From: Macrostomum hystrix
Taxonomy: Eukaryota > Animalia > Platyhelminthes
Length of the DNA: 64,000 nucleotides
Direction of reading: 5' to 3'
Assembly (NCBI GenBank): GCA_950097015.1
Contig: CATNEN010000030.1
Location: forward strand, 3,162,001-3,226,000
The notes under the pieces: model-generated
The model's input: the letters and a program-made list of their open reading frames with translations, nothing else
What the model was told of the DNA's origin: nothing
The model's database searches: none
Position numbers and translations under genes: made by a program
In this document: one piece after another, positions 35,875-47,800 of the stretch
How the letters are laid out: each line of letters opens with the position of its first letter
Position numbering within the stretch: position 1 is the first letter of the stretch

Positions 35875-38800
35875 ATGCCGCCAGCCTACGTGTGTCTGAC
35901 GCTGCTCCTGTGCTGCCAGTTATGCGCAGGTGATATTGTAGACAATCGCACAGTTGTACACCTGCTGAACCTCGGCTCCAAGATGGACACGGTGTTCGAC
36001 ACCTATTATTATCGTTTTGCCATAGACTATGTGAACAATTTGACTAAACTGTTTCCCGGATTTAGGCTTCAGGTGCTCGAACTACTGACCGAGGCCGTAA
36101 GTAATCTATGGACTTTTCGCACCAGTACGAAACCGTAGACGTCTTTCTGTATCTTTTGTTTATTTACCAAAAATAGTTAATTTCTTCGACAGAAACCTAT
36201 ACCCGTACTAGCTAAGGAAATCTAGCCTTAAATAGTGCATTCCTGTACCATAGGCTCGTGGATTTTAGTCTGAACAAAGGCCAAACGCCAGAGAGCGGTA
36301 TGCATGGTTGCGCTCAAAAGCTTCTCGGGGAGGGGCGCACTTGTGAATCTTTGCTGTTCTGACTGTGGCCGACCGAGTGTAAAAATTTAATTTGGGAATT
36401 GTGTCTAGTTCAAGTCTGTTTTCAGCATAGTATATTAGTGCATGCATGACGCGAAGCAAACTAATAGTTCGCCTTGTTGAATCGAATGAAACAATTCAAA
36501 ATTGCATCATCGGCGATCAGGACGACACTGGTAGCGCGCCGAAGGAGTTCATCGAGGGCTACCTGACGCCGCCGCAGAAAGCGCTAATTATCGGGCCATT
36601 CCTGTCCAATCAGGCGCAGGCTGTTGCTGACGTCGCAAAGTACTATTTTGCTACCCAGGTGAGGATTTTGGGATATTGGTATCTGTGACATTGGGATCTG
36701 TGATAGTGGGGACCTGTGATATTTGGGGTCTGTGATATTGGGATCTGTGATATTGGGGATCTGCTATAGTGGGGATCTTTGATAGTGGGATTTTGGATGC
36801 AGCCCTAACCTAAGGATCCGTACACGCCCTCAGATTGGTTCAGCCACAACATCGCCTGCCCTTAGCAACAAGGAGTCGTATTCGTATTACTTTCGCATGT
36901 GTGTCACAAACAGCCTATACATTGAGCCAATTATACTGCTGCTCAAAAGCTTCAACTGGGCACGAATCTGCCTGATAACTTCGGACTCGCCAGTGGTGTA
37001 TCCGGTAAGCCGAGTCACTTCGATGGCAATTCGGAAATATTTTGCAGCCTTTCATTCACTTTGATGACTGTTGCTCAGATCAAAGATGAAATCATTAAGG
37101 CCACCCGCTTTGTCTAGTTGGGCACGCGCGGCATCCGGTTGTCAGACTGTTCTACAGAGGGACGCTACGCTATCAGGTGTTTTGTTTCCTGAGCTTTGAG
37201 TAGCTCCTAAATTACATTCTGTAATTCAAGAACTTCCTCAATTTGCTCCCCATTAAGGCTTTTTACACCTAGCATCTGAAGATGCGCCAGATTCCTCCCA
37301 CTAATTAGCAATAATATTCTAAAATAAGTGTTTAGGACTCAAGGTCTAGCAAAGACAAGCTCGGTGATGCGAGATCACAGAATCGTTCTCAAATCCAAGA
37401 TAAGTGTACTCAAACAATATAATCCTTGAAAACCGTTCTCAAACACAAGATAATTATTGAGAATCGTTGAGTTCTTAAACGCCAGAGAATAATTCTCGAA
37501 CTCCAAAGAATCGTTCTCAAACTCCTGAGATTCGTTCTCAAACTCCAGAGAATCGTTCTCAAACTCAAGAGAATTGTTCTCAAAGCCTGAAATGATCAAA
37601 ACGACGAGCTTTTCCAATTTGACACACCAGGTGACCACGGATCTCGAGGCAGCCCTGCTGGCTAACAATATCACGCAGTTTGAGAAGGCCATTTACCATG
37701 GCGACGCCACCGATCAGTTAGTGGCTATGCTGGTGAGTAAACCAAAAAGTCGCCTCACAATGGTACCTTAAAAATAGATTGATAAGTGCTACATTTCTCA
37801 CCGATGCATTTTGCAGAACAAAGGAATCCGCATTTTCGTAGCAGTTCGCATGTTCTTTGATGAACCGGCGTCCAAGAGATTCGAATGCCTGGTGCGTAAC
37901 TGTTAGAATATTATTCCCTTATTCGGGAATATATCGAGAACGCGGTATCTAGATTAGCCAACTGCCCTACCGAGATCTAACATATGAGGGAGATATGATA
38001 CATTGAAGAGTTTTCATTGGCTGAGGGTGGTCACGAGATAACGAGGGATTCCCTACAGGCGTTTTCTAAAAATAGCAATAGCTTAGCTCTGATTGGCTGA
38101 TCGGGTTTCCATCGGGTTTCCAATTTCCAATTTTCACAAAAGCCCTTACAAAAAAAAAGAATTTAATTCATAAACAGTTAGAAAGAGCACGCTATTTTCT
38201 CACTGGTCAAAGACCACGGAAGTAATTCAAATACCCAACTTCACGATAGCTCCCAAACCGAATGACCGATTTTCGTGAAATTCTGCCAATTAGATAAACA
38301 TTATCCGCCCTTTACGTAAGCAGAAAAATGTTGCCTATTGGTGGTTTTGCCACTAGACACCCGACGCCCGGACGAGAATCGTAGAATACATCGACGATGC
38401 CGATGTTTTGTGATTCAGGAAATTGTTTAATCTGAAAATCGGAAAATTTGAGCCCGTGTTCAGGATTTTCATGGAATATAATAATTGTCTTTCTTCTGGT
38501 AATGAGACAGGAAGGGCGATTGATCATTGTCATTGACTTGAACCTCTTTGAAAAAAATGAAGAACTACTTTCGTTCCCATTCTTGCAGATTGAAAAGTTC
38601 AACGCCCATGGACCGAAGTACTTTTGGATTCAGCTGGGCTTCACCCAGACGCAGGCGATTCTGCCCGGCTCCTGCTCGGACTCGGACCGGGCACACGCAC
38701 TCGATGGCGCCATTGAGTTCGACAGCGCAGTCAGTGACACCACTTATCCCCGGGGGCCCAGCATGCTAGGCCATGTAGGCAAACCTTCACTAGCTGAATG

Positions 38801-41800
38801 AACTTCCAGATGACTCATCACTGTGCCAACTGAAGGACTCGTTCAATTAAAATTCGTTAACAAAAATTTTCAGAATGTGACGCAAATGTTTGCAGACTTC
38901 ATTCGGCTCTACCCGAATCAGGTGAATAACACGATGCCTTCGACTCTGTTTGGCTTGGACCTGCGATTCGACACAATATTGGCAGCTGCGCTAGCCATCA
39001 ACAAGACACTGCAGACCAGCGAGTACAGCCAGAACCTCACGCTCAGCAATTCGACATTCAAGCAGGCGCTGTTCGACAACCTGAAAGCGATCGACTTTGT
39101 TGGACTGTCGGTGAGACTTTCATCACTTTATGAAGTGATGCGGTGTGACTTTGATCTTTCGATTCTGTCGGTGTGACTTTGATCTTTGATTCAGCCAGTG
39201 TGACTTTGATCTTTCGATTCTGTCGGTGTAACTTTGATCTTTCGATTCTGTCGGTGTGACTTTGATCTTTCGATTCTGTCGGTGTGACTTTGTTCTTCGA
39301 TTCTGTCGGTGTGACTTTGTTCTTCGATTCTGTCGGTGTGACTTTGATCTTTCGATTCTGTCGGTGTGACTTTGTTCTTCGATTCTGTCGGTGTGACTTT
39401 GATCTTTCGATTCTGTCGGTGTGACTTTGTTCTTCGATTCTGTCGGTGTGACTTTGTTCTTCGATTCTGTCGGTGTGACTTTGATCTTTCGATTCTGTCG
39501 GTGTGACTTTGTTCTTCGATTCTGTCGGTGTGACTTTGATCTTTCGATTCTGTCGGTGTGACTTTGTTCTTCGATTCTGTGGGTGTGACTTTGATCTTTC
39601 GATTCTGTTGGTGTGACTTTGATCTTTCGATTCTGTCGGTGTGACTTTGTTCTTCGATTCTGTCGGTGTGACTTTGTTCTTCGATTCTGTCGGTGTGACT
39701 TTGTTCTTCGATTCGTTGGTGTGACTTTGATCTTTCGATTCTGTTGGTGTGACTTTGATCTTTCGATTCTGTCGGTGTGACTTTGATCTTTCGATTCTGT
39801 CGGTGTGACTTTGATCTTTCGATTCTGTCGGTGTGACTTTGTTCTTCGATTCTGTCGGTGTGACTTTGTTCTTCGATTCTGTCGGTGTGACTTTGATCTT
39901 TCGATTCTGTCGGTGTGACTTTGATCTTTCGATTCTGTCGGTGTGACTTTGTTCTTCGATTCTGTCGGTGTGACTTTGTTCTTCGATTCTGTCGGTGTGA
40001 CTTTGATCTTTCGATTCTGTCGGTGTGACTTTGTTCTTCGATTCTGTCGGTGTGACTTTGTTCTTCGATTCTGTCGGTGTGACTTTGTTCTTCGATTCTG
40101 TCGGTGTGACTTTGTTCTTCGATTCTGTCGGTGTGACTTTGTTCTTCGATTCTGTCGGTGTGACTTTGATCTTTCGATTCTGTCGGTGTGACTTTGTTCT
40201 TACGATTCTGTCCGTTACATCTAAGCAATAATTTTCTGATTTTGCTCTGTAAGATTCAAACTATGAACTTATGGAATTCGAATCCGTGTTCATATGAAGT
40301 GGCTTACAAATTTATTTATCGCACAATCCAGGGACGAGTGACATTTAACGAGAAGAACGACCGCACTTCCACTCTATTGGTTTACCAGCTGCGCAGTGAG
40401 TACTATCTTGCCAACCAGAGCTGTGCTCAAAACATATATGAGTCGGTCATTCATTTTTAACCTCAAATTTCGCTAATACAGATCTGTCCCGTGTACTGGT
40501 GGCTAACTACGATCCGATATTGAAGCAGTTGACATGGCTGAGGGACCTGTGGTTTGCAGGTAAGTCATCAGCAATCCCATCCCAAAACGAATCTGATCAC
40601 TGTAATGTATGAAGTCCGCACGAGAGTAGTTTAGTGTGGTGCGAAGATTCGTAAGGCCCCAGTTGGCCAAACACACGACTTTTTTTGAGCAAACCGGGGG
40701 GTGGTGCAACTATCGATTGGCATATCGATGTACATATCGCAGGCAGATAATTGGTTGGGCCAATGCACGCGGTTCTAGGCACAGCTAGCATACATTCCTA
40801 GCACACAGGTTAGATTGGAATATTACATTTCTATCCAAAAACGAAAAACTCGAAAAGTAAATTAAAAGTTTCGAAGAATATTGGAGGCGTGAACGAAGAT
40901 GTGCGAATGTTAGAAACTTAAGCCATAGATTGTTTTACTGTTCAAAGTTTTCAAAATTTCAAAGTTTTGAACGCTGATTTAAATTCGGTAGCTGATGGGT
41001 TTGTCCTTTGCGGCTCTGGGGTGAGGCCGCTCCGCGATGCAGCGCTCCGGTGAGGCGATGGCCGCGTCAGCCACAAGTGGCGGCTCCTCGGCAACCGTCA
41101 GAGGCCGGATGTGTGTCAGGTTTCGAGTGCAAGTCCGGTCGCCCTGCCGCAGGATGTAGGAGTCGCCCTGCTTGTCCGTGACGGTCCATGGCTCGAGTTC
41201 AAAGGGCGTCTGCGTCTTGGTGCGTGCCGTCCGCTTGCGCAGAACCGCGGAGCCCGGCTTGACGGTGGCGGCCCGGGCTCTCCTTGAGCGGTTGAAGCCT
41301 GCCGCCATGCGGTTGTTGTACTCGGCGTGGTACTTTTCCAGCTTGGCTCGCTCGTGCTGCACCGGCTGCGACGGTTGGATTGTCGGGATGCCATCGTTCA
41401 ACGCTCTGCCCATGAGCAGCTCAGCGGGCGCCACGCCGGTCGCTGAGTGCCGAGTGACGCGGTGGGCAAGCAGCCAGTCGTCTAGCGCAGCTCGCCAGTT
41501 GCGACCCTCCGCGATGGCAGCCCTTTATGAACTTAAAAATTGTATTTGCCTGATGACCTTGTTGATGTACCTGTTGACTCGTTCGGTTGCTCCGTTCGAC
41601 TCCGGGTGCAGCGGGCAGATTCGGCGATGCTTGATGCCGAACTCTGCGAGGAAGCTGCTGAATTGCGCCGAGTTGAACGACGGACCATTGTCGCTGGCGA
41701 TTTCGATTGGAACGCCGTACCTGCTGAACAGAGTCCGCAGGTGTGGAAGCACCGCTTCGGCTGATGTTGAGCTGACGATGTCGACCTCGGGGAATTTTGA

Positions 41801-44800
41801 GTAGTAGTCGGTGGTCACGAGGAGCATCTTCCCCTGAACTGGGCCGTAAAAGTCCATTCCGAGAACCAGCCATGCACCTTCAGGAAGCTGCAACGGCTTG
41901 AGTGGAGGCGGCGCCTGGCTTTTCGGCGACGTCGCTTGGCAGAGAAGGCACGACTGGACGAAATTTTGGCTGTCATTTCTCATGTTTGGCCACCAGACCT
42001 TGGTCTGAAGCCTGTCCATGGTCTTGCGCCAGCACTGGTGGCCTGTGTGGGCCAGCTGAAGCACCGTCCGACGCAAGCTGTTCGGGATGACGATGGAAGA
42101 GCCACGGAGCAGCACGCCGTCGTGCTCGGAAAGCTCCTGCTGCAGGCATGCCAAGGCGCGCAATTCCCTGGACTCTTTGCCCCATCGGCCAGTTCGCAAA
42201 GACGATAGAGCTGATTGGGTTGTGCTGTCCGTCCTTGAAGCTTCCTAAATTGCTGCGAAGCTGAGGCCCTTTGGGGTTGAGCCCATAGCAACCGCGTTGA
42301 TGAAGCGTCTGTCCAGAAGCTCTCCGGGATTGTCCTTAGTCTGCATCTCCGGTTGCCGGCTGAGGATGTCTGCTGGGTTCTGCGGTCCCGGCTCGTAAAT
42401 GAGCTTGAAGCTGAGATGCTGCACTCGTAGGGCCATTCGCTCGATCCTTGGTGGAGGTCTGGACCCGGGCTGGAACAGCGGGACCAGTGGTCGATGGTCC
42501 GTGACGACAGTGAGATCGGGGCAGCCGCTGAGGTAGTGCTCAAAGCGCAGGCAGCCGAATTTTACGGCGAGTGCTTCACGTTCGATCTGGGCGTAGCGCT
42601 GTTCGACTGGCGTGAGCGACCGGCTGGCAAAGGCGACGGGTCTGCGGACCCCTTTCTGAGCTGTCGTGTAGGTCCTGGCAGATGCGGATGCTGCCGTTCT
42701 CTTTAGGGGCGAAGACTTGGCTGAGGATGGCTCCGAGCCCGATAGGCGATGCGTCAACGTGGACTTCTGTTGGAAGGTTGACGTCGAAGAAGACCAGGAC
42801 GCTTTCTTTGAAGATCTCGTCTCTTGTTTGCTGAAATGCTTCTTGTTGCGTCGCCGTCCAGCACCATTTCTGGCCCTTGTTTAGCAACTCTCGCATCGGC
42901 TGGGTGAGGTCTGAGAAGTTTGAAACGAACCTGGACAGGTAAGTGGCTAAGCCGAGGAAGGAGCGCAGCTCCGTCACGCTTGTCGGTTCCTTGAAGTCCT
43001 TCAGTGCCTTGATTTTCTCGGCCGCGGGCTGAACACCTCTAGCACTGATGCGCATCCCGAGGGCTGGGCTAGTCAATGAAGGGCTGGGCTAGTCGACACT
43101 TGTCCGGGTTCAGCGTAATGCCGTGGTCCTTGAGGCGCTACAGACACTCTCTCAGCCGGATGTTGTGCTCGCAAAGACTGTGATGTCGTCGTGCGCCCAT
43201 CGGACACCCCGGAGGCCGCTGAGAACGCCTGTCATTACTCTTTGCAGAATTTCGGACGCGTTGGTGAAGCCCATGCTGAGCCTGGTCAGTCTCATCAGGC
43301 CAAGGGGAGTGCTGAACGTGAATATGTGGCGAGATTCTGGCTTGACGATCTGATGAAAGGCCTTGGCGATGTCGAGCTCGCTGAAGACCGCGGAGCCCGC
43401 CATCTCGTCCGTGATCTCCTCGAAAGTTGGTATTGGCTGCTTTTCTGGGACAGCGAACGAGTTGACGTCGCGTAGGTCCTGGCAGATGCGGATGCTGCCG
43501 TTCTCTTTAGGGACGACCACCATTCGGGAGACCCACGGGGACGGACCGTTAACGCACTCGATGATGCCTTGGTCCAGGAGGGCCTGCAGCTCGGCGACGA
43601 CTGCTGGCTGCTGATGGACGGGAACCCTGGATGGAGGATGGCAAACCGGCACAACTTCTGCTCACAGACGGACATCGACCTCGACGCCTTTTACGCAGCC
43701 GAGGCCTTTGAAAAGGGACTGAAACTCACCAAGGATGTTGCTAATGCGGAGCTCGGCTGGCAGGTCTTTGTCGATGCTTCCGTGATTGGAGAGCAGGGTT
43801 TGAATACCCGATGCACCCTGGGCTTTGTTCATCTGCACAGAGTTGACCTCCGCTGTTGGATGCTGGATGTGGAGGATTCCCATGCTGAAGGCGGTGTCAC
43901 GGCCAAGCAGCGTGGTTCCGCTGCCCTTGGTGATGTAGAACGGCACTCGCTGGCTCATTGCTGCTGTGCTCACGGTGAGGTCGGCGATGCCCAGGACGTG
44001 CAGAGGCGAGGTTGATCCGTAGCTGAATATCGGGTGAATGGCGCTGCGCAGCTGAGCTCCGCTAAGGTGGCGGAAGTTCTCCTCGCTCATGAGAGGAGAC
44101 CCCATCAACCCCAACACTAAACCCAAAAACAACCCCATCACCAACCCTTTCACTATCACTATCACCAACCCCATCACCAACCCTATCACTAACCCCGTCA
44201 CTAAACCTATCACCAACCCTATCATTATCACCATCACTAACCCCATCACTAACCTCATCACTAACCCCATCACTAACCCTATCACTAAACCTATCACCAA
44301 CCCATCACCAACCCATCACTAACCCTATCACTAACCCCATCACCAACCCATCACTAACCCTATCACCAACCCCATCACCAACCCAATCACTAACCCCATC
44401 ACTAACCCTATCACTAACCCCATCACTAACCCTATCACCAACCCCATCACCAACCCAATCACTAACCCCATCACTAACCCTATCACCAACCCCATCACCA
44501 ACCCAATCACTAACCCCATCACTAACCCAATCACTAACCCCATCACTAACCCTATCACCAACCCCATCACCAACCCAATCACCAACCCCATCACCAACCC
44601 AATCACTAACCCCATCACTAACCCTATCACCAACCCCATCACCAACCCAATCACTAACCCCATCACCAACCCAATCACTAACCCCATCACCAACCCCATC
44701 ACCAACCCCATCACTAACCCCATCACTAACCCCATCACCAACCCAATCACTAACCCCATCACCAACCCCATCACTAACCCTATCACCAACCCCATCACCA

Positions 44801-47800
44801 ACCCCATCACCAACCCCATCACCAACCCCATCACCAGCCCCATTACCATGTCTTTCGTATACCTGTTTCACCTTTTTGTTATTTTATTTCTGTAAGTACT
44901 TCCTAGCTTGAGCCAAAGCTGTAAACTTGACTTACTGTTTCGCAATGTGCTCCTAGACTGTTTATGAATAAAAAGGTCTACAGTCGTCAGTGATATCACG
45001 TCCGAGTCACGGCCCAGTCATGGCTGTTCAGCTGCCATTATTGGCAAATCTGTATTTCACTATTGAAGCATTCGAATTATCGTATTGCATTTGCTAATGA
45101 TGCCTTGATGAAATTTAGAATCCTGGCTTTGTCACGCAATTTGTAACGTTCGTAAAAAACTGTTTTCGTGATTTTTGTGTTCGGTTTTTTATCAAAGATC
45201 GGTATTGATAATTAAAAATTGTATATTTTGATAAAAAATAGAATGCGATATAAATATACTTTTTGACTACTTGGTTTGCAATTCTTGTGAGATTTCAAGT
45301 TTGAAAAAACAATATTGGCAGAGTTTATTATAAATTGTCAACTTCTCGAAATCTTCTGCAGCACAATGTTCGACAGTAAACAAATGTCTCAATGATCAAA
45401 TTACCAGCAACCAAATGACCCAGTGACTGAATCTCGTCATGAGAAAACGACGCATGACCAAACAAACGAATGGTAAAACTATTCTGTGACTGAATGACCT
45501 CCTGAAATAATCACTAGAGAACCATTCGACAAAATAACCAAAATGACCAAATGCCTAAATGACCGATTTTCTGGAGGACTAAATGTAACAAATGACTAAA
45601 ATTAGGCAACTGAACAGATCAATTTAATTAATATAACCAAATGACTCAAATGACCAAAAAGACCAAATGACACATGGACTGAAATTTACCAAATGACTGA
45701 AAATGACCAAATGATTGAAAATGACCAAATGATTGAAAATGACCAAATGATTGAAAATCACCAAATGATTGAAAATGACCAAATGACCAAATGACCAACT
45801 GACCCAATGACCAACTGACCCAATGACCAAATGACCAAATGACCAACTGACCCAATGACCAACTGACCCAATGACCAACTGACCAAATGACCAACTGACC
45901 CAATGACCAACTGACCAAATGACCAACTGACCCAATGACCAACTGACCCAATGACCAACTGACCCAATGACCAAATGACCAAATGACCAACTGACCAGGT
46001 GGCTCAGCCCCAGTCGACGTGCCGGCAGTGCGCAGGCAGCTGGTCACGCTATCCAGCGCCAGCGCCATCGCAATCGTGAGCATCTCGAGCCTCGGCAGCT
46101 TCCTCAGCCTGCTGTCCATGTCGCTTAACATCCACTATCGCCGAGTCCCAGCCATTAAGATGAGCAGCCCCAACATCAACAACCTCATCGCCATCGGCTG
46201 CCTGCTTTGCTACGCCAGCTGCATTGCCCAGTCCGTGAATTCATTCAGCGGAGCCAGCGCCGGCCTGTGCTGGACCCAGCTGGTGCTGCTGTGCATCGGC
46301 TACTCCACAGCGATGGGAGCCATTCTGGCTAAGACCTGGCGGGTGCACAAGATCTTCACCAACAAACGGCTGCGGACCATTGTGAGTGACAATATTTTCT
46401 TATCTGGCCTAGACTTGCTTGGAGTAGTCTACGTTTCTTAGAAAATAGTTTAGGAGGCTGGTTTTCGCCGAAAAATACACTACGGCGATCATGTTTTGAT
46501 AATAGTTTTATAGCTTCATAAATGTATGTCAAGCTTTTTCTGTAAAGACATCAATTTCATTACGTTTTTCCTCCCCACAACACGCTTGTCGGAATTATAT
46601 TCCTCCAATTCTTAGTCTTGCGTTCCTAATGTACTTTTATTCCCTTCAGCACCTTAGTTGCAGCTAAAACTTATTTATTGTCTATGACCTCATCCTTTGC
46701 GTTTAACACCTTTATATCCATGTGCAAGACCTCCTCTCCGGCACAGGTTGCTCTTAGCTTTGTTCCCCTCTAGCGCGCCCAATATCTTTTCCTCTGCCTT
46801 CTACTGCTTCCACTGCCACGAAATAAACTCTATCTGCCAAACTGCTAATTTGTTTATTGTCAAAACGACAACGCTTTCCCTGTGCCTAAAAATGCGTTCT
46901 GCTCCTGAAAGAAAAATCCACTCGGAAACTACACTTGTAGCTTTTTGTTTTCCTATTTTTCGGCAAAAACCAGCGTTCTTCAATTTTTCTAAGAAACCTA
47001 GTTTTCCGTAGTGCGTGTGTGCTCAAGAGTCAGCGAAATGGGCAGAAAGGACAAGGACACAAATTGTTCCAGTGAAGTTAGGAATCGAGCCCCTAACTTT
47101 CAAGTTGTTGTTTGTTCCGTCTGACAAAGAAAAAGTCACTCAGAGAAACTTGTAGGTCGGCAAAATGTGTGAGATAGGGTGAGCTGTCACGAAATTAGTC
47201 AGGATGGCTCAATGATTTCAATAGTAAGCGCCTAGCCAATCAAACTAATCACTAGCTCAGTCCCTTAACAGTGCAGTGCTCGAGTTTGAGTCCAATCCAT
47301 CCAACGATTGTCTCCAGGCGATTCACGACTCCCATCTGCTCGGCGGCGTGGCCGCTATCGTCGCCTTTGACGCTGCCCTTCTAATTGTGTGGGCCGTTGT
47401 CGACCCGCTAACTGTCGACATTCTGGATCTGTACGACGTTGTGAGTTGATGATTTTGTGCTTTGTCTCTGCTGAGACGTTTATCGTTTTAGCTCTGGAAA
47501 GATGAGAATACCCGACTTAATCAACTTGGATTCGCCTAACCGTTTCTGCTCTGAATGGGATTTCCCTCCCTTTCAGCTCTGGATGGGAATTCCCTCAATT
47601 TCATCTCTGGATTGGATTTCCCTTTATTTCAGCTCTGGATGGGTATTCCCTCAATTTCATCTCTGGATGGGATCTCCCTCCACTTCAGCTCTGGATGGGA
47701 ATTCCCTCCATTTCAGCTCTGATAAGATTTCCCTTTTTTCAGCCCTGGATGGGATCTCCCTCAATTTAATCTCTGGATGGGTATTCCCTCAATTTCATCT

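Noticed and set aside
39141-40212. CRISPR-like appearance of regular repeats here and elsewhere
   Set aside because: The units are head-to-tail with no unique spacers, there are no cas genes, and the context is eukaryotic.
40690-45025. Possible plus-strand LTR pieces (GGGGGG|TG at about 40702; AATAAA...CA|TGG at about 44967-45020) around the Gypsy fragment
   Set aside because: Their orientation is opposite to pol, there is no second LTR copy or TSD, and the TGG-following sequence is not a PBS I recognise.
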